A stretch of DNA of 47,053 bases from Chitinophagaceae bacterium. Its GTDB lineage: Bacteria; Bacteroidota; Bacteroidia; Chitinophagales; Chitinophagaceae. How positions within the stretch are numbered: position 1 is the stretch's first letter; the number at the start of each line of letters is the position of its first letter. Both the position numbers and the translations under genes were made by a program. Of this stretch, positions 38,521-47,053 are shown in pieces. The notes under the pieces are model-generated. The model was not told the DNA's origin. It did no database searches and was given only the letters and a program-made list of their open reading frames with translations. The DNA lies in assembly GCA_031395125.1 (NCBI GenBank), contig JANNUI010000569.1:1-47053 (forward strand). The letters run 5' to 3'.

Positions 38521-39588
38521 TTAGTGTTTTGATTTCAAATAATGCAGTTTCAATAAATCTTCACCAAAATCATTTCCTTTTTCTCTTAGGATTGCGTGAA
38601 TGTGATTACCATTATTCTGAAATCCTACATTGTCATATTCTATCAAGAAATCCGGACCATTAATAATATAATAATGAGGTTTGTTATTTTCAAGACTTCC
38701 AACCCATGCAAAATATACTTTTTCGATTCCTGATAACATAATTTTTTCAATTAATTGGTGGGCTTTCTGATGTTCAAAATTGTGTATATATTCTTCTATT
38801 AGGGTTTTGAGAAGTGTTTTTTGAGTTTCATCAAATTCTTGTGCTGCAATTCCATAATAATTGGCAATTCTTTGACTACTCATAGGGTTTGTAATAATAT
38901 CTTTTGGCACTTCTTGTTTTAAAATTGCTTTTGATTTTTGAGTATCTGAAAGTGCATTTATGAGCATAAAACCATAATCTTCTTCTTTACTCAATACCCG
39001 CAAACCTGCATATTTAGAAGATTTAACTTCTGAGGGGTCTGTACCAATAAAATAGGGCGACATACTTATATTTTTGCCGTCAGAAGTAAGGCTCACGGCT
39101 AAGTGATGACCTCCAAAATTTAACCCCCAAGCCTTTGTAGTTTGTGGTTTTCCGAAAATTGATATGTAATAATTATCATGCGCCCATTTCAGATTTTGTA
39201 CTCGTGTAAGCGCCTCTTGTTTGATTTCACCTTTCTCAAAAGCCTGTTGGTAAAGCACATTTAAAATATCATCTAATTGCATGATGCTGGTTGTTTTTAA
39301 ATATCCTTGCGAACTTAGCATTGCAGAAAGGACACGATGGAAGGCCATTCGACTTTTATCTGATAAAGAACCATATTGAATGCCCGGACGAGGTACTAAA
39401 CCCACCGGTAAATTTGTCCATTTTAAACGAAGGCTATCATCGAAGAAATAAGTCGTTTTTTTTAATTCGTCTGCGTTGAGTGTATTCAGAAATTGAGTGG
39501 CTGATTCAATAATTGTATTATTTGATTGGGTGAACCCATTGAAAGCCCAAAGGGTATAAAAAAGAAAGAAGATTGATTTATTTTTCAT
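38521..39588 (-). CDS. DUF3500-family secreted protein
   Basis: Signal peptide; WTNLP, YYISIFG, WGLNFGGHHL, PYFIG, GPDFLIEYDN, NHIH...NDFG; start taken at MKNKS. Confidence 0.8.
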   Translation of the reverse strand: MKNKSIFFLFYTLWAFNGFTQSNNTIIESATQFLNTLNADELKKTTYFFDDSLRLKWTNLPVGLVPRPGIQYGSLSDKSRMAFHRVLSAMLSSQGYLKTTSIMQLDDILNVLYQQAFEKGEIKQEALTRVQNLKWAHDNYYISIFGKPQTTKAWGLNFGGHHLAVSLTSDGKNISMSPYFIGTDPSEVKSSKYAGLRVLSKEEDYGFMLINALSDTQKSKAILKQEVPKDIITNPMSSQRIANYYGIAAQEFDETQKTLLKTLIEEYIHNFEHQKAHQLIEKIMLSGIEKVYFAWVGSLENNKPHYYIINGPDFLIEYDNVGFQNNGNHIHAILREKGNDFGEDLLKLHYLKSKH

Positions 39589-39692
39589 GATCAAAATATT
39601 TTTTACCGGCATCAAATTTTTGGCGAGATTCAATATTGTAAACGATTTAAATTTAGTGAGTTCTTTTTTATACTGGTAAACAATACTGACAT

Positions 39693-41504
39693 CTACTTCA
39701 TTTCTTCAATAATTTTTTTAAGGTCTTCCCGTATTTCAGGGAGGGGCTCCTCCCTTATTTCCATTTGCCCCCCGGCACTCTTTTTTATTACTAAATTAAA
39801 CCTGGCGCTTGAGGGATCTTTGTCGGGGAAATCTTCGCGGAAATGTGCACCACGGCTTTCTTTTCTTTCCAGTGCAGCCATAGTTATGGCTTCTGAAGCG
39901 ATAAGCATATTCCGAAGATCAAGCGCCGTATGCCACCCGGGGTTAAATTCCCGGTTGCCGGTAACACTTACATTTGCAGCCCGCTGACTCATCAAACGCA
40001 AATGCTCCATTGCACGCCTCATTTCTGATTCGTTCCGTACAATGCCCACCAGTTGCTGCATCATTTCCTGCAAAGCAAACTGTACGTCAAAAGGACTATC
40101 CCCCTTGTCTCTTTCAAAGGGTTTCAGTGCCCATTGGGCTGATTCTATAATTTGTTTTTCATCAATAGTCCCGGCACTGTTCTCTTTTGCAAACTTTGCT
40201 GCATATTCACCGGCTCTTTTTCCAAATACCAGTAGATCTGAAAGTGAATTGCCCCCCAGCCGGTTGGCTCCGTGCAATCCGGCGCCACATTCACCCGCAG
40301 CAAAAAGACCCGGCACCGTTGACATTTGCGTATCGGCATTTACACGAATACCTCCCATCATATAATGCGTGGTAGGGCCAATTTCCATGGGTTCTTTAGT
40401 AATATCAATATCAGCCAGCTTCTTAAACATATGAAACATGCCCGGCAGTTTTTTCTTTATATGTTCTTCCGGATTGGAGATCTTTTTCTTTATCCATGAA
40501 ATATCGAGGAAAACACCGCCATGCGGACTACCTCTCCCTTCTTTTATTTCACGAACAATACACCGGGCCACATGATCACGGGTGAGCAGTTCAGGTGGTC
40601 GCTTGGCATTTTTATCCCCCTGTATATACCGCCAGCCTTCTTCTTCGTTATCTGACGTCTGGTTTTTGTATGCTTCAGGAATACTATTAAACATGAACCT
40701 TTCCCCGTTCTTATTGAGTAAAATGCCCCCTTCGCCGCGGACCCCTTCTGTTACCAGTATTCCACGAACACTTGGTGGCCAGATCATTCCAGTGGGATGG
40801 AATTGTAAGAATTCCATGTCTATTAATTCTGCACCGGCGTCATAAGCCAGTGCATGGCCATCCCCTGTATATTCCCAACTGTTACTGGTGATTTTAAAAG
40901 CCCTGCCAACGCCACCGGTCGCAAGTATTACCGCTTTTGCACGGAACGTTTTAAACCGGCCTCTTTCTCTTTCATATCCGAATGCGCCAACAATACGGTC
41001 ACCATCCTTAAGTAGTGTGATGATGGTACATTCCATATGCACTTCTACACCCTGGTGAATACAATGGTCCTGCAAGGTGCGGATCATTTCCAATCCTGTG
41101 CGGTCGCCTACATGAGCCAGTCTGGGATATTTGTGGCCGCCAAAATTCCGCTGCAATATTTTCCCATCTTTGGTGCGATCAAATAATGCTCCCCATGATT
41201 CCAGTTCATTGACACGGTCAGGAGCTTCTTTTGCATGCAGCTCAGCCATGCGCCAGTTGTTGAGATATTGCCCGCCACGCAAGGTATCGGTAAAATGTAC
41301 TTTCCAATTATCCCGGTCATCAACATTTGCCATAGCTGCAGCAATACCCCCTTCTGCCATTACCGTATGAGCCTTCCCTAACAGTGATTTGCAAACCAAC
41401 CCTACGGTAACGCCGTGAGCAGAAGCTTCGATAGCAGCACGAAGACCGGCGCCACCGGCACCGATCACAAGCACATCGTAATTATATGTGTCGTATGATG
41501 ACAT
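39693..41504 (-). CDS. sdhA: Succinate dehydrogenase/fumarate reductase flavoprotein subunit
   Basis: GAGGAG, AHTVMAEGG, QFHPT, EGVRGEGG, RD, HYMMGG, HGANRLGGNSL; ATG at 41504 overlaps the upstream TAA (TAATG). Confidence 0.92.
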   Translation of the reverse strand: MSSYDTYNYDVLVIGAGGAGLRAAIEASAHGVTVGLVCKSLLGKAHTVMAEGGIAAAMANVDDRDNWKVHFTDTLRGGQYLNNWRMAELHAKEAPDRVNELESWGALFDRTKDGKILQRNFGGHKYPRLAHVGDRTGLEMIRTLQDHCIHQGVEVHMECTIITLLKDGDRIVGAFGYERERGRFKTFRAKAVILATGGVGRAFKITSNSWEYTGDGHALAYDAGAELIDMEFLQFHPTGMIWPPSVRGILVTEGVRGEGGILLNKNGERFMFNSIPEAYKNQTSDNEEEGWRYIQGDKNAKRPPELLTRDHVARCIVREIKEGRGSPHGGVFLDISWIKKKISNPEEHIKKKLPGMFHMFKKLADIDITKEPMEIGPTTHYMMGGIRVNADTQMSTVPGLFAAGECGAGLHGANRLGGNSLSDLLVFGKRAGEYAAKFAKENSAGTIDEKQIIESAQWALKPFERDKGDSPFDVQFALQEMMQQLVGIVRNESEMRRAMEHLRLMSQRAANVSVTGNREFNPGWHTALDLRNMLIASEAITMAALERKESRGAHFREDFPDKDPSSARFNLVIKKSAGGQMEIREEPLPEIREDLKKIIEEMK

Positions 41505-42307
41505 TAAATTATTCTCCAATCCGTCCAAACACCCATTGAACAAAGCCTTACATAAATATCAGTAAACCCAACCCAAAATAAACTCATCCATGCCCAGAGC
41601 ATATGTTTCCTGTTCAGGCAGCTTACACATTTATACAAATTACGGCGCACTGGTTTTCCGGAGAGACGATCCATAAATCCGCCAACAGCATGACGAAGCG
41701 AATGACAGCCTAATGTATATCCTCCAAGCAGCACTGCATTGACTGCTAATACCAATGTGCCGGTACCAACGCCAAAAGACTTTACACCTGTAACAGGATT
41801 GGTAAACCATAATGCTTTCCAGACATCAATGGAAAGAAAAATAATAAAGAGCAGTGCGATATACATAAAGTACCGGTGAATATTCTGAATGATCAGCGGG
41901 AATGAATTTTCACCCCGGTATTTTTTGCGTGGTTCGCTGACGGTGCAGGAAGGCGGATCAGCCCAGAAGGCTTTATAATATGCGCCACGATAATAGTAAC
42001 AGGTGAGCCGGAATAAACCCGGCGCCCATAAAATCAGCAATGCCGGCGACCAGGGTAGCCATGTGGGCCACCAGCCTGGTTTTGGTCCAAACCAGCTATG
42101 TGGTGAATCGCCGAACAATTCAGGTGAATAAAGTGGTGAAATGTAAGGGCCGGAATAATAGTGTTTTCCCTGGAATGCCGCCCAGGTAACATAAACTACA
42201 AAAGCAGACAGGCCGATGAATGTAAGCAGTGGTTTCACCCACCAGGCATCTTTGCGGCTGGTATAACCAAAACGATGGATTGGTTTCTCCAAATTTACTT
42301 CGGCCAT
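41504..42307 (-). CDS. Sdh1-type membrane anchor subunit (mycobacterial Rv0249c-like)
   Basis: Multi-TM; FRLTCYYYRGAYYKAF, QNIHRYF, GCHSLRH, LNRKH, DIYVRL. Confidence 0.82.
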   Translation of the reverse strand: MAEVNLEKPIHRFGYTSRKDAWWVKPLLTFIGLSAFVVYVTWAAFQGKHYYSGPYISPLYSPELFGDSPHSWFGPKPGWWPTWLPWSPALLILWAPGLFRLTCYYYRGAYYKAFWADPPSCTVSEPRKKYRGENSFPLIIQNIHRYFMYIALLFIIFLSIDVWKALWFTNPVTGVKSFGVGTGTLVLAVNAVLLGGYTLGCHSLRHAVGGFMDRLSGKPVRRNLYKCVSCLNRKHMLWAWMSLFWVGFTDIYVRLCSMGVWTDWRII

Positions 42308-42486
42308 ATTAGGTGCTAATTATTATGAAGGATAAACCCGCTGCACCATCTCTCTGTCACTAAAAAAATCAAGTTTAAGTACTTGTTGCCGAAGATAATT
42401 CAAAAGATGGTAAAACAAAAAGAGGCTGAATATGCCAGAGGATATTCAGATCTTCCGCTACCAGGGAAACTGTAGCAGGAGCAAAA

Positions 42487-42515
42487 TAAAACCCGGGCGT
42501 GTTGCCGGGGCTTTT
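42487..42515 (-). terminator. Probable terminator hairpin
   Basis: Minus strand aaaagccccggc aacac gcccgggttttatttt. Confidence 0.55.
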
Positions 42516-42830
42516 GTTAGTGTGGGGGCGTCCTTTGGAACATCTTGGTAAACACCCTTAATCCTGTTAAGTACATGATTTATACTCATATTGATATCGG
42601 TTTACGCTATTCTATACCTGTCTAAATCGGTTCTGTTCGGATATTTATGCGCACGGTTCTGCGCACGCAAGAACCCGTTTTTCGTCCAAGTTCCGGTACG
42701 TGGGGGTAGGCACCGGTTCATTTTTTTTTAGTACAGACAGGAAGCAAGACATAGCGATAAATCTTTATTCGCTTTGGTTTCACCCTGCACTTTTTTCCTG
42801 ACTGTAAATACTCTGACGGAATGAAATAAA

Positions 42831-43688
42831 TTAATGCCTGTAAGTAATGCGGGTATAATTTGTGATACCACCTGACGAATTTTCTCTAATAATCGACAAA
42901 TTGTTTTCATCAAGCTGATCCACACTATATATAAGAGGTAAAGAGCTTCCTGTCATGGTCAATTGAATTCTTGTCTCTCTGATTAGAAAATTCCAGGTTC
43001 CTGTTGCAATAATCTGTGGGTCGGTAGGTGCACATTTAGCAGCACCCTCATTTCTCTCATACGTTGCATTTACACGAAAAACATACTGGTCATCACTTTT
43101 ACAGTCAGGTGTAACGGGCAGTAAATTTGGAAGCCATATGCCCCCGCTTTCTCTTGATTTATGTTCACTTATCACATGCTTCCAGATGCCCTGTGTAAGA
43201 AGTTCTGTTTTTGATTTTATTGGCTCAATAGTAATGTTATAAGATATTTTTGCTCTTTCACTATAATTACAAGTTTGATCTCCACTGGAGATGTAATCCT
43301 GGCTTTTATATTCTCTTGTGCTTAAAGATTGGCGTACCCTATATGAATTACCGGACACACAAACTTCATCATCTCCTCCACCGCAAACCGCTTCGTCATC
43401 ATCCCATATTTCAATGATAGGAGTTATTAAGTCCTGACGGGTAGTAGTTGTGAATTGCCAGTTGAGTCCCCGCAGGTTATTTCCTTCCCGTACCGGAAAT
43501 GTTTTAACTTTTTCCCCAATATGTATTTTCGCATAAAAATCCATTTTCCCGTTGCAGGCATCCGTAGAAAGCGCTGTCAGGCTATTAATAGTTACGGTAA
43601 CCTTTGCCTTGTCTTGTGCCTTTACTATAAACGGCATTAAGATCAGGAACATTGAAAAAAGCATAATTGCTGTGATTGTTTTTTTCAT
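42831..43688 (-). CDS. Secreted protein with C2-like N domain and lipocalin-like C domain (paralog 1)
   Basis: Signal peptide VKA-Q; DFYAKI, IEIWDDD-x-VCGGGDD; TYERNEG-x2-KC-x-PTDP...GTWNF. Confidence 0.7.
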   Translation of the reverse strand: MKKTITAIMLFSMFLILMPFIVKAQDKAKVTVTINSLTALSTDACNGKMDFYAKIHIGEKVKTFPVREGNNLRGLNWQFTTTTRQDLITPIIEIWDDDEAVCGGGDDEVCVSGNSYRVRQSLSTREYKSQDYISSGDQTCNYSERAKISYNITIEPIKSKTELLTQGIWKHVISEHKSRESGGIWLPNLLPVTPDCKSDDQYVFRVNATYERNEGAAKCAPTDPQIIATGTWNFLIRETRIQLTMTGSSLPLIYSVDQLDENNLSIIRENSSGGITNYTRITYRH

Positions 43689-43814
43689 TATTATTATTTT
43701 TTAATATTATAATTGTAGTTCTATTAAGTTTCTTTGCGCTATTAATCCTTATTCACCCTGGCCTCACTCCCACACTTATTTCCTGATTATGAAGACCCTG
43801 GCGGAACGAAAAAA

Positions 43815-44669
43815 TTAATGCCCGTATGTAGTGCGGGTATAAGTTGTCATGTCACCTGTAGCGCCAACCGTGGTTAGTATCAATGTATTTTCATTAAGCT
43901 GATCTATACTATATATTATAGGGTTTGAGCTGTAACCTGTCAGGGTGATTTGAATTCTTGTCTCTCTGATTAAAAAATTCCAGGTTCCCAATATAATACT
44001 CAGTGGGTCGGTGGGAGAACATTTAGTAGCACCCTCATTTCTCTCATACGTCGCATTTCTATGAAAAATAAAATAGTCATCTGTTCTGCAGGAAGTGGTA
44101 GTAGGATTGATCGGAGTTGCAACTAATTCTTCCCATGGCCCAGAACCAGTTTTATACTCTTGTTTCACTTGTTTCCAGCTGCTCTGGGTAAGCAGTCCTG
44201 TTTTTGTTGGCTCAATAGTAATAGTATAGGTTATACCAGCTCTTTCTGATCCGGCTTTAACAGTTCCAACGGAACGAAAGCCCTGGTTCATATATGCTCT
44301 GGTGCTGAAAGATTGCCGTATTTTATTTAAATTGCCGGACACACAAACCTCATCATCTGCTCCACCGCAAACCGCATCATCCTCATCCCATATTTCAATG
44401 AGAGTACCTATTAATCCCAGATCGGTAGTTGTGGTGAATTGCCAGTTGAGATCCCGCAGGCTATTTCCCTCCCGGACCGGAAAAGTTTTAATTTTTCCCC
44501 CAATAGATATTTTCGCATAAAAATCCATTTCCCTGTTGCAGGCATCCGTAGAAAGTGCTGTAAGGCCATTAATAGTTACGGTGACCTTTGCCTGTTGTGC
44601 CCTTACGATAAAAGGAGTAACGCTCAGGAATAATGAAAAAAGTACAATTGCTGCGTTAATTTTTTTCAT
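43815..44669 (-). CDS. Secreted protein with C2-like plus lipocalin-like domains (paralog 2)
   Basis: Long near-identical blocks with 42831..43688; start taken at MKKIN, matching MKKTI of the paralog. Confidence 0.75.
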   Translation of the reverse strand: MKKINAAIVLFSLFLSVTPFIVRAQQAKVTVTINGLTALSTDACNREMDFYAKISIGGKIKTFPVREGNSLRDLNWQFTTTTDLGLIGTLIEIWDEDDAVCGGADDEVCVSGNLNKIRQSFSTRAYMNQGFRSVGTVKAGSERAGITYTITIEPTKTGLLTQSSWKQVKQEYKTGSGPWEELVATPINPTTTSCRTDDYFIFHRNATYERNEGATKCSPTDPLSIILGTWNFLIRETRIQITLTGYSSNPIIYSIDQLNENTLILTTVGATGDMTTYTRTTYGH

Positions 44670-44931
44670 AATTATCTTTTTGAAGTTAGAAGAGCATTTC
44701 AATTTGGTTAGTTTCTTTAAATAAATCCCGGCGGCTATACTCACAATCATTCCTGTGACAACAGCAGTTTTTATTTTATGTGATACCTGCTTCAATCAAT
44801 GATAATTTTTTATCAGGTATCATCTTCTTGCTTTTCAAATTGTTTTTTCAAAACTAGTTCTTAGTTACAACTTCAGGACAACTATTCAACTTTTTATTAT
44901 TTACTGCCAGCCCGCAAAATAGACGGGGACA

Positions 44932-46170
44932 CTATGGAAAGAAATCGTCAACGGGAACAGGAAGGTGATCAGCGTCCAGGATTCTTTCATTGTCCTTGAA
45001 AGTAACGTTTGTTGTAAACGCCTCAAAATTAAAATCAGCTGGCTGTTGCCGGAGATAAACCCCAATTACATTGTGATGTATATTTCCATCTGCACACCTG
45101 CCGTTGGCATTGATGAGTTGAAGCCCGCATAAATCGGCATACCCTATTTCAAACTGTGTAAGTTCTAACCATGCACCTCCATTCATTACGGTAACATTAA
45201 TCCCACCACGATTTCTGCCATTTGCACACAGCACTGATTTGGTACGAAGAATAATAACATCGGTTCCAATAAACCGGGCACCGTCATGTATGGAAAGCCC
45301 ACGGATTACATTGTCTATAATTTTTATCCCTTGTACCCGCAGGGTAGCGCCATTCCGGGCTTCTATTGCCGCCAGTCCGTTAGTAAGAATGGTAGAAGAA
45401 TCACAATAAAAATAATCTATCAGAGCAGGACTGTTTTTTTCTGCCAGCATATTTGTTATCTCAACAACTGTATTTGCCCCATCAGCCATAAGGCCCTGCA
45501 CATTCCGTTTCAGTTGCACATTTACCAAACTGGCAATGGTATTCTTAATAAAAATACCGGTGCCATAACATACAGTCTCTTCAATATTCGATTTCCCGGT
45601 AGTTGGTATTACTCCGGGCAAAGTAAAAATAATGGTAGCATCATTAACGGTGAGAGTACCACCCCGCTGGAAAATACCGTAGCGTGTAGCCCTTGAGATT
45701 GTTACATTCCTTAAAATTGTTTTTGCCTCATTGTTGTTAACCACCACTGCACCAGGTGCTGCTGCATTGGCAATATGCAGGTCTTCTATTTTCAACTCAG
45801 TAGGATTATTGTTTGTTATCGAACCCAGCAGGATGGTTATGGTTGATTTTTTTCCCGGGCTACCCGGTTTTGTCATTCCACGAAGGGTGGTGTTGCCCGT
45901 AATAGACAAGTTCTCTTGGTAAGAGCCGGTACTGATGTTTACTATCACCGCCTGGTTGTTGCGTTTTGCTGTACTCAATGCGTCCATTATTTTCTGAAAA
46001 GGATGGAGTGTTGTGCCGTCGCCACCGGCAGCAGCTGCCTGGTTCACAAAAAAAATAGCTGTCTTTTTAACTGATAGTTGAGCCAGTACTTGCCCGCAGG
46101 TGAATAACATGGAGAGGAAAAGCCATGAAAAAAAACAATTCTTTATGAATATGAAGGAGCAGTATTTCAT
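44932..46170 (-). CDS. Secreted right-handed beta-helix (pectin-lyase-fold) protein
   Basis: Signal peptide; FVN...GGDGT-x2-HPFQKI-x2-AL, GSYQENL; repetitive I/V/N/G strand pattern. Confidence 0.7.
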   Translation of the reverse strand: MKYCSFIFIKNCFFSWLFLSMLFTCGQVLAQLSVKKTAIFFVNQAAAAGGDGTTLHPFQKIMDALSTAKRNNQAVIVNISTGSYQENLSITGNTTLRGMTKPGSPGKKSTITILLGSITNNNPTELKIEDLHIANAAAPGAVVVNNNEAKTILRNVTISRATRYGIFQRGGTLTVNDATIIFTLPGVIPTTGKSNIEETVCYGTGIFIKNTIASLVNVQLKRNVQGLMADGANTVVEITNMLAEKNSPALIDYFYCDSSTILTNGLAAIEARNGATLRVQGIKIIDNVIRGLSIHDGARFIGTDVIILRTKSVLCANGRNRGGINVTVMNGGAWLELTQFEIGYADLCGLQLINANGRCADGNIHHNVIGVYLRQQPADFNFEAFTTNVTFKDNERILDADHLPVPVDDFFP

Positions 46171-46192
46171 TAGCGATCATAAATAATAATGA

Positions 46193-46498
46193 AGTTACAT
46201 TGTTTTAACCGGAACAACCCTGGCACAGACTCCTCAACAAGTAAGGGCCAAAAGAAATAATGCCATTTCCAACCAGATTCCTGCAAAAAGCATTTATACG
46301 ACTACTAAAACCAAAAAGGATGTTTCCGTTACTGCGGCAGTAGCATTATTCCCCAATGCATATTCCAGCATGAAGTTCAGGCTTTCTTTTTCCACTGAAG
46401 AGAAGTTGACCTGGTACAAAAACGGTCACTTTTTTATACTGAATGGCGATATCATTGTGGGAGATGCCTTTCCTAAAATAATGTCATTGTCGGGGTAA
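46193..46498 (+). pseudogene. Start-less 101-codon open frame; fragment of a secreted protein, possibly an astacin-like propeptide
   Basis: Hand translation SYIVLTGTTLAQTPQQ...WYKNGHFFILNGDIIVGDAFPKIMSLSG*; nearest ATG (46189) is out of frame. Confidence 0.4.
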
Positions 46499-46570
46499 TA
46501 GTTAAATAAATTTTTGCTTTCCCTTGATGCACCGAACAGAAAAACCGTACATGGTTCAGCACACTGAATT

Positions 46571-46597
46571 AAAAAACCCACGACCAGCGTGGGTTTT
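46571..46597 (-). terminator. Terminator downstream of tRNA-Phe
   Basis: aaaacccacg accag cgtgggtttt, with T6 on the minus strand. Confidence 0.85.
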
Positions 46598-46609
46598 ATC
46601 GTTTTGACG

Positions 46610-46682
46610 TGGTGTGGGGCGGGATCGAACCGCCGACACAAGGATTTTCAGTCCTTTGCTCTACCAACTGAGCTACCGCACC
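46610..46682 (-). tRNA. tRNA-Phe(GAA), CCA not encoded
   Basis: GGTGCGG TA GCTC AGTTGGTA GAGC A AAGGA CTGAAAA TCCTT GTGTC GGCGG TTCGATC CCGCC CCACACC A. Confidence 0.97.
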
Positions 46683-46686
46683 TTTT

Positions 46687-46771
46687 ATCCACCGAAGGCT
46701 TGCCGAAGGTGGATTCGCTACTGCCTTCGCTAAAAAGCTTCGGCAGTCAAGAAAGCTACGGTGGGCAAGCC
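46687..46771. repeat. Cluster of nested palindromic REP-like units in the tRNA leader, family C
   Basis: atccacc gaaggcttgccgaa ggtggat; actgcc ttcgctaaaaagcttc ggcagt; aaagctacggtgggcaagcc. Confidence 0.6.
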
Positions 46772-46826
46772 GCACCATAGTTGATCTTTAAGTTTACCAG
46801 CTGACGCCTTGGTGAAAGCGGGGCTG

Positions 46827-46834
46827 CAAATATA
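46827..46834 (-). promoter_or_regulatory. -7 promoter element for tRNA-Phe
   Basis: Minus strand TATATTTG followed by GC-rich CAGCCCCGC. Confidence 0.7.
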
Positions 46835-46924
46835 GGCAGGATTGCCTGAATTCCTAAGACAAATGCCCCTTATATGGGATTTGGTCACGAAGGTATTCGG
46901 GATTGTTGTTTGTGCCTTTGAGTC

Positions 46925-47053
46925 CTACATTCCATATACGCTCAAAAACTTGATCCGCATGATTTTCAGCTGTTCCCAGTTGAAATTATAATCGGCCAGC
47001 TCTTCCTGGGCCACCTGCAGGGAGGAGGTTTCGCAACCCTTGAAATATTCAAT
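46925..47053 (-). CDS. recQ: C-terminal 42 aa of a probable Bacteroidota RecQ helicase (partial)
   Basis: Hand translation IEYFKGCETSSLQVAQEELADYNFNWEQLKIMRIKFLSVYGM*, resembling the Bacteroidota RecQ tail ending RIKF(I/L)S. Confidence 0.6.
   Translation of the reverse strand: MEYFKGCETSSLQVAQEELADYNFNWEQLKIMRIKFLSVYGM

Noticed and set aside
42457-42588. 43-codon minus-strand ORF MSINHVLNRIKG... as an sdh leader peptide
   Set aside because: No recognisable features, and it runs through the terminator and att-like sequence
46426-46780. Short ORFs overlapping tRNA-Phe, and the many antisense or nested ORFs in the track
   Set aside because: They overlap well-supported genes or the tRNA and show no motifs; treated as shadow ORFs

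Overview
Bacteroidota chromosomal segment, probably Chitinophagaceae-like (TAnnTTTG promoters, IPExxxVDY and GxxExxY genes, gene content). It opens with an AT-rich block of tandem PAP2 phosphatases and a TonB-dependent receptor; two adjacent genes there are each broken by a single in-frame TAA. Core genes follow: ctlX-like amidinotransferase, pterin dehydratase, M28 and M20 peptidases, feoB/feoA, chromate transporter, nadD, ybeY, mnmG, a PIF1-like helicase and ssb. A parS-like palindrome cluster and an HNH-like gene lie between ybeY and mnmG. Next to mnmG is an unusual SET / ATP-grasp / ATP-grasp-SET three-gene operon. The right half has a formate module (mobA, fhs, fdhD, NAD-linked Mo-FDH), photolyase plus fasciclins, an actinobacterial Sdh1-type succinate dehydrogenase operon interrupted by a DUF3500 gene, a probable decayed island of secreted-protein genes at tRNA-Phe, and the 3' end of a recQ-like gene. 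At least three families of short palindromic intergenic repeats occur, one of which brackets the GxxExxY nuclease gene. The best candidates for undescribed systems are the SET/ATP-grasp operon and the GxxExxY gene with its (CAC-Nx)3 inverted repeats. All family calls come from reading motifs by eye; no searches were run.
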